Virus record (IMG/VR): IMGVR_UViG_3300009030_000001
Coordinates: 1-64,000 of that record
DNA from: a virus
Length of the DNA stretch: 64,000 nucleotides
Reading direction: 5' to 3' (one strand)
The position numbers and the translations under genes are program-made. The notes beneath the pieces are model-generated. The model did not search any database. It was not told the origin of the DNA and saw nothing but the letters and a program-made list of their open reading frames with translations. Position 1 is the first letter of the stretch; the number at the start of each line of letters is the position of its first letter. This document shows positions 21,330 to 31,042 of this stretch, one piece after another.

Positions 21330-21448
21330 GGGTCCAGGTTTTTCGCTACCCCCACATCTTGCGGCTTCCATCCAGCGTCGTAGACGGTAGTCTACCGGTC
21401 TATCAGAACCGTATACGGTAACCAACCAAACCCACGGAGGAAGGCCCC

Positions 21449-21823
21449 ATGGCCCTGGAACAGTTCAATCTGGAATCCCTGAACACGATCGACGATGGTC
21501 GCATTCGCGAGGCGGTGAACGCCGCTCTGAAGCGGTGCGATGCGGATTGTCGCGATCGGCCAGCGTTGAAGGACGCGCGGAAGGTGGTCGTCGAAATCTC
21601 GCTCGAACCACAGGTCGGCGACGACGGCAATCTGCACAGCGTGGACGTATCGTTCTCGGTGAGCGACAAGCAGCCGAAGCGGAAGTCCCGCACCTACAAC
21701 ATGGCGTCGGTTCCCGGCGGCCTACTTTTCAACGAGCGGTCTCCCGAAGACATCAAGCAGGGAACGCTCGACCTAGATACCGGCCCCACGAAGGCCGTAG
21801 GAGAAGCTGCCGATGCTCGCTGA
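21449..21823 (+). CDS. Conserved phage early protein (partner of DUF2303-like gene)
   Basis: GGAGG RBS; L..I..G...E.V..AL.....D..DRP...AR.V...I.L.P. Confidence 0.6.
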   Translation: MALEQFNLESLNTIDDGRIREAVNAALKRCDADCRDRPALKDARKVVVEISLEPQVGDDGNLHSVDVSFSVSDKQPKRKSRTYNMASVPGGLLFNERSPEDIKQGTLDLDTGPTKAVGEAADAR

Positions 21824-22562
21824 ACTCGTAGACCGTCTCGTCAATCTCGGTCAGGAAGTTGACGATCCAAGGTTCGTCACGATCGAAGCACTTCGCAAGA
21901 TCATCATCAAGGGTAAGGATGGCGAGAGCGAAATGCTGGACATCCCGCCGCCGGATCGGGCGCACTTCATTAACTCCTACGACGACATAGCGCGGGTGGT
22001 CGAAATCCTTGGGAGTGAAGATTCTGAGGTTTGGGTCGGCGCAAAAGCAGTGCATATCGTTCTTGATGGCGAGAAGCGACGCGACAAGGTTTTAGTCACG
22101 GTCGGCAGATCTACGATGTTCGGGACACTCGTAAACATGGAGTGGGATCCGCTTCGCCTGTCGCCGCGCGCCGCGGTTAAGTTCATGCGCTTCGAGATGT
22201 CAGGTAGGTTCCCGAATCTGGAACAGGCGTTTGGCCGTGTCGACTTCAAGCGCAAGAGCGACGGCAGCGTGGTAACGGAGCACGGCAGGGAATCGATGGG
22301 GAAAGCCGTGGAAGCTGTTGTGCAGAACATCGAGAGCATCCCGTCCACGTTCACGGCGGAGATCCCGATCTGGAAGAACAGCGGATTCCTGGGCTATAAG
22401 GCTTCGATCTCTGTCGGGGTCTACATCGACATGGAGGAGGAGTTGTTCGAGTTCCGGACGCTGCCAGACCAGTGCGAATTGGCGGTGAACTCCGCGGTCA
22501 GCCAGTTGGCGACGGATCTGCGCGCGAACCTGTCCTGCCCTGTCTTCGAGGGCTGCCCGTAG
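21813..22562 (+). CDS. DUF2303/YfdQ-like protein
   Basis: Size, pairing with the upstream gene, IP..F...IPI and terminal PVFEG.P. Confidence 0.5.
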   Translation: MLAELVDRLVNLGQEVDDPRFVTIEALRKIIIKGKDGESEMLDIPPPDRAHFINSYDDIARVVEILGSEDSEVWVGAKAVHIVLDGEKRRDKVLVTVGRSTMFGTLVNMEWDPLRLSPRAAVKFMRFEMSGRFPNLEQAFGRVDFKRKSDGSVVTEHGRESMGKAVEAVVQNIESIPSTFTAEIPIWKNSGFLGYKASISVGVYIDMEEELFEFRTLPDQCELAVNSAVSQLATDLRANLSCPVFEGCP

Positions 22563-22665
22563 GGTCGGCGAGGATCGCCTGTGCTGGCCCCGTCGCCTGA
22601 TCTCGCCATGATCGGACACGGGGCTGGCCGGGGGCGGTAGGCGGGAACGTGGGCTGGATTGTGGG

Positions 22666-22694
22666 TTGACTCGGACTCTGCTACTGCCTATGAT
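22666..22694 (+). promoter_or_regulatory. Sigma70-type promoter, probably leaderless transcript
   Basis: TTGACT-17 nt-TATGAT; ATG at 22701 lies at the expected +1. Confidence 0.7.
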
Positions 22695-22700
22695 TCCGGC

Positions 22701-22901
22701 ATGAGTGACACGCCAAGGATGGTTGCGGCTCGGGCTGGCCTCAAGCGGTTCGAAGGCAACCCCTGTCCCAAGTGCGATGGCACGATCCGGCACACTTCGA
22801 GTGGTTCATGCGTCCGCTGCACCATCAAACGGGCGACCGCCAGGACCAACGAGATCCGTGAGACGCTGCGGGAGGCTGCGAAGAATGAGGCTGATTCCTA
22901 G
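22701..22901 (+). CDS. Small Zn-binding protein
   Basis: AAR.G.KRF.G.PCPKC....R....G.CV.C. Confidence 0.6.
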   Translation: MSDTPRMVAARAGLKRFEGNPCPKCDGTIRHTSSGSCVRCTIKRATARTNEIRETLREAAKNEADS

Positions 22902-23634
22902 GCACTGGGACAGGTTCCAGCACTACCGGCATCGTCGACCACCGTGGATCAAGGTGCACCGGTGCCTTCTAAGCGATCCCGCTTTCATGTCGCTAGCACT
23001 TGCTAGCAGGGCGCTAGCAGTATGCCTCTGGTTGCTGGCGTCCGAATCCAGTGATGGCACCTTCGATGCGGATGCGGACCAACTGTCATTCGACCTTCGC
23101 ATTACAGAAGCCGAACTACTGTCGGCATTTACGCCTCTTCTTGAATCGGGATTGTTTCTTGATGCTAGCACTATGCTAGCGCCTGCTAGCAATCCCCTCT
23201 GTACCTCTGTACCTCTGGACTCTGTACCTCTGGACTCTGGCCGTACTTCTTCAGCATCTCTCAACGGCTCTTCTGATTTGGTAGAGCAACAGACCCAAGG
23301 TACTCCAGTACGTACACACCGACCTTCAGTCGACCTTGAGCCTTTCGAGAGGTTCTGGGAAGCCTTCGACAAGAAGATTGAGAGGAAGAAGGCCGTAGAT
23401 GTCTGGAAGAAGATCAGGCCGGACGATGCCCTGACGGAGATGATCCTTCGCGCCGCCACGGCCTACCGGGAGGCGACCCCGGACAAGTCATTCCGCAAGG
23501 GCGCGTTCCGGTGGCTCAGGGACGAGGGTTGGACTGACGAGATAGTGAAGCGTGGGGGTAAGTGCCACGACGGCCCAGCCCACCCCGCAGAGACTTTCAA
23601 CGATACGGACTACGGAACGACAGGGGCGATCTGA
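22885..23634 (+). CDS. Phage replication initiator protein
   Basis: N-terminal W.RFQHY..R.PPWIK; C-terminal FERFW.AF.KK..K..A...W.K...WL....W.DE; precedes the loader. Confidence 0.8.
   Translation: MRLIPRHWDRFQHYRHRRPPWIKVHRCLLSDPAFMSLALASRALAVCLWLLASESSDGTFDADADQLSFDLRITEAELLSAFTPLLESGLFLDASTMLAPASNPLCTSVPLDSVPLDSGRTSSASLNGSSDLVEQQTQGTPVRTHRPSVDLEPFERFWEAFDKKIERKKAVDVWKKIRPDDALTEMILRAATAYREATPDKSFRKGAFRWLRDEGWTDEIVKRGGKCHDGPAHPAETFNDTDYGTTGAI
22992..23240. repeat. Iteron cluster / putative replication origin inside the initiator gene
   Basis: GCTAGC at 22992, 23002, 23013 and 23164, 23175, 23185 (10-11 bp phasing), followed by tandem CTCTG(T/G)AC repeats at 23197-23240. Confidence 0.65.
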
Positions 23635-24257
23635 TGGAGATTGACACCGCACGATTGGATGCTATGGGGATTCCTCTCCGGTTCCAGTCTGTCACCTTGG
23701 ACAACTACGTCGCGGAGACCGATGGGCAACGGGCCGCTCTCAAATGGGCGATGGAGTTCGCGGCAGGATTCCAGACTAACAGTCGATCCGCACTTCTCGT
23801 CGGCAAGCCTGGCACCGGCAAAACCCACCTTGGGATCGGGATTGCCATGGAGACTCTGAAGTCCCCATGCGCCGCTAGGTTCTGCGAGGCGACCGTATCC
23901 TATGTCTATTTTGAACCCGTGCTCTACATCTCGGTATCGGATGCGATCCAGAGGGTGAAGAATTCATGGAATGAAGCTGGTGAATCCGAAAGTCAAGTTC
24001 GCGAATCGATGACCAAACCGCGGCTCCTGATCCTTGACGAGATCGGCATTCAATTCGGTACCGACTTCGAACGAAACTTTCTGTTCGACATCATCGACAA
24101 GCGGTATCTGGACATGAAGCCGACAATACTGATTAGCAACAAGACGCTGGAAGGTGTCACCGACTACTTAGGCCCGCGGGTGATCGATCGTCTTCGTGAG
24201 GACGGCCTGGATTTGATTGCCTTCGGTTGGGAGTCTCACCGAGGAAAAAAGACATGA
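23634..24257 (+). CDS. DnaC/IstB-like helicase loader ATPase
   Basis: GIPLRF, Walker A GKPGTGKTHL, Walker B LLILDEIG, IIDKRY...PTILISN, RVIDRL. Confidence 0.9.
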   Translation: MEIDTARLDAMGIPLRFQSVTLDNYVAETDGQRAALKWAMEFAAGFQTNSRSALLVGKPGTGKTHLGIGIAMETLKSPCAARFCEATVSYVYFEPVLYISVSDAIQRVKNSWNEAGESESQVRESMTKPRLLILDEIGIQFGTDFERNFLFDIIDKRYLDMKPTILISNKTLEGVTDYLGPRVIDRLREDGLDLIAFGWESHRGKKT

Positions 24258-27200
24258 CTTATTCCTATCCTGGATTCCGCCGCAAGATCGTCGTCTTCGG
24301 CGAGACCTACAAGGCGCTCGACGTGGATGACAAAACGAACCCGGAAGACCCGATTGTCCTCTACCAGAACGTGACGGAGAAAGGCAGTTCGCCCCGCGCC
24401 GCGCCGATGTCCGATTGGATTGCTTGGGACGTGAACGCCACCAACGCTCGGCAAAGGGTGATCGACTGCCAAAACGGCAGAGCGGAAGGCGAGAAAAACC
24501 GATGATTCCCTTGAACAACCGCACACAACCCCGATAGTGAACCCGTCGGCCATGTGGCCAGCACGAACACGGAACCAGGAAGCCCACAGGAGGGCGCGAT
24601 GCAGAACAGCACGGACAGGACCACCAAGAACGAGCCGAGGATCCTTTCCATCCACCGGGTGGGCGGACTTGAACTGGCTAGATTCCTCACCCGCTTCGGC
24701 GACGTCGTCTGGATGGTTTCGGATCCCAACGAGAGCGGACACCATGGCGTGTGCCAGGGCGATCGATTCAAAGCGATCAACTTCCTTCGCGAGATGCGAA
24801 CCGCGGCGGCTAGTCGGTACGCTCGGTGGGTTGCGAGGCAGATACGATGAGCAAGCACACACATATACCTTGGCCGGAACTTGCAAAGCCGCTCGTTCGG
24901 ACCGGGAAACGTCTATTCGATCAGCGGCCTCGACACTACGGAAATTGCGCGGTGATGTCCTACGACGACTACGCCTACGCTCGGAGTTGTGTGAATGTGC
25001 ATGCCGGACTCGTGGCTGCGCTGAAGAACGCAGTACAAGAATTGGAGCGGTTGCGGGATGTCCACCTTCCTCGTTTCGATGACAAGATCGGTGAACCCGA
25101 CCTTGATGTGCTGGACCAAGCCCGCGCCGCACTCAAGGCCGCTAAGGAAGACACGCCATGACCGACCAATCGAACATGCACCCTGCGGTTCTCCTGAAGC
25201 GCATCATCACGCTTGAAGACGGCGCATCCCGACTGGAGGCCAAACTCGACGAGGCCGCTCGTCGCCTAATCGACGTAATCGAAGCGACGGGAAGCGGTCT
25301 CCACAAACGTATCGATGATCTAGATTCCATGCGAGCCAACATCGCGGCCAGGGCGTTACAGAGCATCCTCGTCTCGCCTACGGAGCCGACGACTCCACCA
25401 GTGATACAAGCTGTGCGGCTTGCGGATATGCTCCTAGACGAACTCGCAAAAGACAAAGGTGAAGCATGATGACCAAGACCAAGAGCACAGCAGTCGAGAG
25501 CAAGCACACGCCGACGCCTTGGGTAGTTGCCGCCGGTAGCGACACCGTTTACGCGGGTCCAATCTTCGTCTGTGACCTTGAATTGGACGACGGCGACCTT
25601 GAGGTAATGGCCGCCAACGCCGAGCACATCGTCCTCTGCGTGAACGCGCACGACGGGTTGGTGGCTGCGTTGGAGTCGATCCTTGAGGAAGCGGTGTACA
25701 TCGTCAAGCACGATTCACCGGGGGGCGAGTTGCTTGGCTATCTGCAAACGGTTCGAGGAACATCCCGCGCCGCCCTCACCCGCGCCGCCAATGGAGAAGA
25801 CTCATGACCACAACCGACACCAAGCAACAGCACACGGCGGGACGGTTGGCGGTCGCTGACAACGACTCCGATTCGGGATGCAAGATCATCAACGCCGAGG
25901 GTCGAACGGTTGCGCTGACGAATCCGCCCGGGCCTCCTGTGAAAGAGTGTCAAGCCAACGCCGCCCACATCATCCACTGCTGGAACATGCATGACGAGTT
26001 GGTGACGGCGCTGGAAACCATGACGAGATATGCCGAGACGCTCGCTGAGCACGTCGACTTGCGCGACCTCGGCGGTGATGACGGCCAAGGTCACTTCGAA
26101 GGCCCAGCCCTGTTCGCCGGAGCCGTCACACATGCCCACGAAACCCTCGCCGCCACCCAACAACCCACCCCCAACACGGAGACCATCGATGCCGACTGAC
26201 GAAGACCTGATGACGATTCGACAGAAGCTCCAGGAGACCGAGAGCGAGCGGGACATCCTCCAGGGAGAGTTGAACTTCCACCGGAAGCGCGATCCATTGC
26301 TGGTGGAGTTCATCCGCAAGTACTCCTACCACTCCACCAACTGTCGCTACCCACAACTGTCCTGTAACTGCGGGTACTCAAGAGCCCGTGCGAGGTGTGA
26401 TGTATGAGTGAGAAGACTACGGACGAGTGTCGTCACAAGATGGTGATGCTGAAGGATTCCGCCCACGCGTACTGCGAAATCTGCTGCGAGTGGGAATCGA
26501 AGATTCAATCCAAGCGCATCGCCGAACTGCTCGCCCTCGCCTACGAAGGTGATATCCACTACCCCAGTCACACCTACAAGACACGGCTGGAGGAAACGAA
26601 GGAAGAGTTAGACACGGTCAAAGATGCGGGCCGCGCCATGGAAATCGAGCGGAACACCGCGAACGATCTAGCAGAGAAGGCGGTCGAAGAGGCCAACGGC
26701 CTACGACGAGAGCGGGACGAACTCAAAGCCGAAGTTGAGCGGTTGCAGAAAGAACCAATGCACCCCGCCCATCTGTACCGAGACCACATCACGAAGTTGC
26801 TGGCCGAGATTGCTAAACTACAGGCTGTGGAGAAGGTGGCGCGGTTCATCTTCCCGATGAACTCAAGACGATGGCCAGAGACTCTGCGTGATGCCCTTGC
26901 CGAATATGCTGCCATTCCTGACAAGGAGCCCGCCCATGACTAACCCCACCATACGCAAAGACGTGAATGACACCATGAGTGAGAAGACGGCAAGGGAGTT
27001 GGTTCAGCATCTCGGCATCGTTGCGTTCAACCATGGCGTATTCTGTGAAAGGGGCGACGGGAAACGGCCAGAACGGAACGAAGAACGCACCAAACGCGCG
27101 GAGTTGGAAGACACCCTTACCACCACTCTAGAAGAAGCGCGGAAGGACAGGGACACGGCTATCGGCAACCTCAATCACACCTGTGACGAGCAGAACGAAG

Positions 27201-27406
27201 TGATCGCGGACTGGAAGCGAGAAGAAGCTACCATCCGTGCCGAGAACCTGCGCCTGCGGGCGGCGTTGAGACACGCCCAGAGCTGGATGTACTGGATGGC
27301 GAGGATGGACAGTTTCCACGACGGCGCTCACAAGGATACCTTCAACAAGGACATCGCCGATATCCGCGCCGCCCTATCCACACCAACCCCAACGGAGGGT
27401 TCGTGA
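24254..27406 (+). other. Cluster of small accessory genes (24254-24505, 24599-24850, 24847-25161, 25158-25469, 25466-25807, 25804-26199, 26189-26407, 26404-26943, 26936-27406)
   Basis: Mostly ATGA-coupled ORFs. Three share the HT..W...ANA.HI..C.N.H..LV.AL motif. Confidence 0.6.
24511..24539 (+). promoter_or_regulatory. Promoter family copy A (TTGAAC-N16-NATANTG)
   Basis: TTGAAC aaccgcacacaacccc GATAGTG; same motif at 36637, 39836 and 49492. Confidence 0.6.
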
Positions 27407-27592
27407 TCACTTCCCCGCCGCGTCGAGAACCAACTTCTTCGCGAAGCTCGCCATGTCGACCGCCTTCTTCCGCCTCACTGCGGCACGGATCAATCGCAGT
27501 TGCGCAGCAGTCACCCGGAACGAGACTACATGCTTCATCGGAGGCCCGCCCCCGGTTGGACGACCGCCACGATTCTTCAGCTTTTTCGACAT
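27407..27592 (-). CDS. Ribbon-helix-helix transcriptional regulator
   Basis: GGRP...VVSFRVT......I..A......MA.F...LVL; a lone minus-strand gene divergent from 27668. Confidence 0.65.
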   Translation of the reverse strand: MSKKLKNRGGRPTGGGPPMKHVVSFRVTAAQLRLIRAAVRRKKAVDMASFAKKLVLDAAGK

Positions 27593-27667
27593 CGGTTTGG
27601 AATCCTAGCCCAGATCATGGGTAACGTATACACCAATCCCCGGCAGTACCGGGAAGGAACCAGGAAC

Positions 27668-28021
27668 ATGGAAAGGATGCCGAAGCGAAAGCCGGGCGAG
27701 ACCCTGACCGATCATCAGGCCAAGATGTTGAAGTGGATGGGGTGGCAGCGCGATCAAAATGGATCGATATCGAAGGCCGACGAAGAGTTGTCGCCTCAAC
27801 AGATCGACGCGATGCTGGCGGACGCCACGCCTGTTCCGATCAGCGAAGAGATAGTACGACGCACCCTGGAATCGATCGCGGCTCAAGAACATTGGATGGA
27901 GAAGTATGCCTTGCTAGCTGACATACGATCGTCCAAGCGCCGAGTCTTCTCCGATGGCATCGTTCTTGGCGTAGTGTTGGGCACAGGGATAATGTGGTTG
28001 ATCGATTGGCTGACATCATGA
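27668..28021 (+). CDS. Hypothetical membrane protein
   Basis: C-terminal hydrophobic helix GIVLGVVLGTGIMWLI. Confidence 0.55.
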   Translation: MERMPKRKPGETLTDHQAKMLKWMGWQRDQNGSISKADEELSPQQIDAMLADATPVPISEEIVRRTLESIAAQEHWMEKYALLADIRSSKRRVFSDGIVLGVVLGTGIMWLIDWLTS

Positions 28022-28329
28022 AAGAGATCACATTCCCACGCGACGGCGACCGGCCTCTACGATTCGTAGGCGAGGAGATAGTTTCGGTGTCGTCTCAAGC
28101 TGAGGGCAAGGATCGATGGACCGAGTTGGTGGTGTACCGAACGTCAACAGGCAAGTTCGTACTGCATTCGATCGGATGTTCCGACAGGGAAGGCGAGGAC
28201 GACCGGAGCAAGGCAATCGCGGTTGACGAGTTGACACGCGCGACGATGGAACCGTTCTTCAAGGACTCGGGACTGGTTCGTAAGCTGTACGGTTTGCTCG
28301 GCCTGAACGAAGATGCGGAGGTGATCTGA
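28018..28329 (+). CDS. Hypothetical protein (paralog of 20716/21027)
   Basis: RDGDRPLRF.GE.I...RWTEL.VYRT..GKFV. Confidence 0.65.
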   Translation: MKEITFPRDGDRPLRFVGEEIVSVSSQAEGKDRWTELVVYRTSTGKFVLHSIGCSDREGEDDRSKAIAVDELTRATMEPFFKDSGLVRKLYGLLGLNEDAEVI

Positions 28330-28331
28330 CC

Positions 28332-28691
28332 ATGAACCGAACCGAAGCGATCAAGCGACACAAGGCGCGTCTAGCCAACCTCACCGATACCCAGGTACGT
28401 AACCTGATGACGCACGCCTCGAACGAGACGCCGCTGTTGCCTATCAGCCTGTTCTTCAGCGGGTACGAGCGAGACGGCAAGTGTTGACCCTCCCGGCTTG
28501 CCGGTTCCCGTGTGGAACCACATGGCAAATATCGCTACAGCGAGGCTTGGCGTCATGCGCTGATGCGGCTCATCCATGTGGGCAGTGGGAGTTACTACCA
28601 AGAGATGAACGCCATCGGCACCCACGCCGCGCTGCGTCGCCTCTGGATCGCCGAAGGCAAGCGCCGCGGCTACGAACTGGTGAATGCATGA
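28332..28691 (+). CDS. Candidate selenoprotein / UGA-readthrough gene 1 (119 aa, UGA at codon 52)
   Basis: GGAGG RBS; the frame stays open after TGA 28485-28487 (GKC*PSRLAG) up to a TGA overlapping the next ATG; hairpin GGTTCC-CGTGT-GGAACC 21 nt downstream. Confidence 0.6.
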
Positions 28692-28906
28692 AGGTCACCT
28701 ACTACGGCAAGGTGAGCAAGACCTGGGAGGGTCAGCCGGAGTGCCTGTTCTGCGGCGAGCCGGTGACCGAGCCGTCAGCCGATGGTCCCGGGGTGTGCGG
28801 GTGGTGCGACTGTGGATGCCACCGGAACGGAACCAAGTGGACCTATCAGGAGTACCGTAAGTTCCAGCAGACCGCTAACGCGAAGCTGGAGGAGTGGGCG
28901 GCATGA
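28688..28906 (+). CDS. Small Zn-finger protein (paralog of 33985-34206)
   Basis: C.FC..PV...S..G..VC.WCD.G.HR.GTKWTY.E. Confidence 0.65.
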   Translation: MKVTYYGKVSKTWEGQPECLFCGEPVTEPSADGPGVCGWCDCGCHRNGTKWTYQEYRKFQQTANAKLEEWAA

Positions 28907-29139
28907 AGCTCTTCTCCGGCTACTTCAAGACCAGCGACGGCCGCAAGTGGTCGGTAGCGTTCCGCGCCCATAGCTGGGACGACGCCTTCTCGCTTGCAGA
29001 CCTGTTCGGGGTCACGGTCGAGGGAACTCTCGTCGCTACGTACGACGCTGACACGGGCGAAGAGAAACCGGGCGTTGCTCACTTCGCGGCATGGAACTGC
29101 GACGGAGAGCGTTTCTACCAGGAGGTTGAGACCCCATGA
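28903..29139 (+). CDS. Hypothetical protein
   Basis: ATGA-coupled ORF. Confidence 0.5.
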   Translation: MKLFSGYFKTSDGRKWSVAFRAHSWDDAFSLADLFGVTVEGTLVATYDADTGEEKPGVAHFAAWNCDGERFYQEVETP

Positions 29140-29633
29140 AGCTCACCAAGAATCTCTGGGACGTAGCGAGGGAGGAGATGCCCGAGAAGGTGCAGGATCG
29201 GTTTTGGGACAAGGTGCGGAAGCCGAACGCCAACGGCTGTTGGCTGTGGAATGCCGCAACAGACACGGGCGGCTACGGTCAGTTCTGTTACCCCAGAGAC
29301 AAGGCCCTCTTGTCTCACCGAGTTGCCTACGAGTTACTGGTAGGACCAATCCCGGCAGGGCTTGTGATTGACCACTTCTACTGCCAGACCCCGGCCTGTG
29401 TGAATCCGTCACACCTTGAGGTGGTGACCCACAGGGCCAACACTCTTCGCGGCAAATCCGTTCCCGCTGAGAACGCCAGGAAAACCGAGTGCAAGAACGG
29501 CCATCCATTCACCGAGAAGAACACACGCATCAGTTCGATCGGAGGGAGGGTTTGCAGGGAGTGCCGCCGGGCGTACGGCAGGCGCTACTATCAAGAGAAC
29601 TATTCGGTAGCAGCGAGGGAAGCCACCCAATGA
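29136..29633 (+). CDS. HNH endonuclease
   Basis: RFWDKV...CWLW...GYG...HRVAYE...IDH..C....CVNPSHLE.VT...N..RG...C..GH. Confidence 0.9.
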   Translation: MKLTKNLWDVAREEMPEKVQDRFWDKVRKPNANGCWLWNAATDTGGYGQFCYPRDKALLSHRVAYELLVGPIPAGLVIDHFYCQTPACVNPSHLEVVTHRANTLRGKSVPAENARKTECKNGHPFTEKNTRISSIGGRVCRECRRAYGRRYYQENYSVAAREATQ

Positions 29634-29968
29634 AACTCACCGCGGACCTATGGACTGTCGCTATCAAGGCGTTGGACGACGTGAAGGGGTTGCCGGACAA
29701 GGTGGTATCTGATTGGGAGGGCATGGTTCGGCTGAGTACGACTGGTAAGTTCCCTTGACCTGGGCTCGCCCTGGGCCTCGCGTGCGAGGGCAACGACAAT
29801 AGGTTGAGCCAGGACAGTGAAGAGTTGGTTGCGAACGAATACGCACGGATCCTCGCCAGTGCTGTTTATCTCGATTTAGATGAGTACCTCACACTCCTTG
29901 GTCGCGGCCAATCCGGCATAGCCGAACTCCGCAAGAAGTTCGTGCAGGCGAGGGAGGTATCGGCGTGA
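29630..29968 (+). CDS. Candidate selenoprotein / UGA-readthrough gene 2 (112 aa, UGA at codon 43)
   Basis: The frame stays open after TGA 29756-29758 (GKFP*PGLALG) up to a TGA overlapping the next GTG start; hairpin CCTCG-CGTG-CGAGG 22 nt downstream. Confidence 0.6.
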
Positions 29969-31042
29969 GCGACGCAGGACAGAAGGTCTACGAGTGCATC
30001 TACAACGCAGTTATCGCCGCCGATCCTGACCAGCCAATCCTGGCTGCACTTGACGCTTTGTGCGAAATGATTGCTCGCATGGAAACCCACCACGCCCTTG
30101 CAGAGAAGGTGGTGGAGGTTGTGAGATGCATCGACCCGGATTGGCTGGCAGAGCACATGCCGACACTCGCCCACGTCCTCGCTGAGTTCGAAGCCCTTCC
30201 CCCCAAGGAGCCCCCCGAATGAGTCTCGACGCCACACACATCGTCTGCGAACTCTGCCTGCGTGACGGGAACACGGTCAGCGCCTTCAGCTACGAGATCA
30301 CCAGTGGGTCACTGCGGATCCGAACCTACCTCTGCGAAAGGCACTCGGAGCAGGCGGAGGACGCCAAGATGCCTGATCTCAAATGGACCAAAGCCGATGA
30401 ACTGAAAGGCATCTCGCCACACGATCCCAACTTGCCGGGTAACCCCAAGGAGCCCCCCGATGCCTGACCGGACCAAACAACGCTGCGTCTGCGGTGACGA
30501 GATCCTTTTGCGTGGCCCAGCGCAGGGAATGTGTCCAACCTGCGAAGACACCGACAAAGCCTACCGAGAAGCCGCGGAGGAACGGTACCAGGACCGCCTA
30601 CACGAGGCGGAGATAGAGCGGCAGTACGGAGGGTTCGATGCCTGACCCGACCACAGCAACAGTCACGCCTCGCTTGGTCATCGTGATGGACTACCCGAGA
30701 GTGTGTGGGTCCGGTGGCGCATCCGTCTTGACTGGATGGGATCACGACACAGAGATCGAGTTTCCAAATCCGCACGACAAGGCGTTTCGATTCATCGCTG
30801 TCTACGGTGAAGGCATCTACGAGATTACCCACGCAGAGGCGAGACGTTGCTTGCAAGCGTGGGAGATGGGCGACGAAGATGGACCGGTTGCGCCAGCGCC
30901 GAAGTATCATTCGGGACATCGATCTCTCAAGCGGGCTAAGGAGATCGCACGGATGCAACCCATGGCCGAAATTCTGGATCGACTGCAACGAATCGAAAGG
31001 ATGATACGAGATGACAACGACGAAAGGCCCCCCGGTCCATGA
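29965..31042 (+). other. Four small hypothetical genes (29965-30222, 30219-30467, 30460-30645, 30638-31042)
   Basis: Coupled ORFs; two contain CxxC motifs. Confidence 0.55.

Noticed and set aside
22619-22665. G-quadruplex upstream of the replication promoter
   Set aside because: G-runs exist, but the loops are long and such runs are expected at this GC content; there is no other support.
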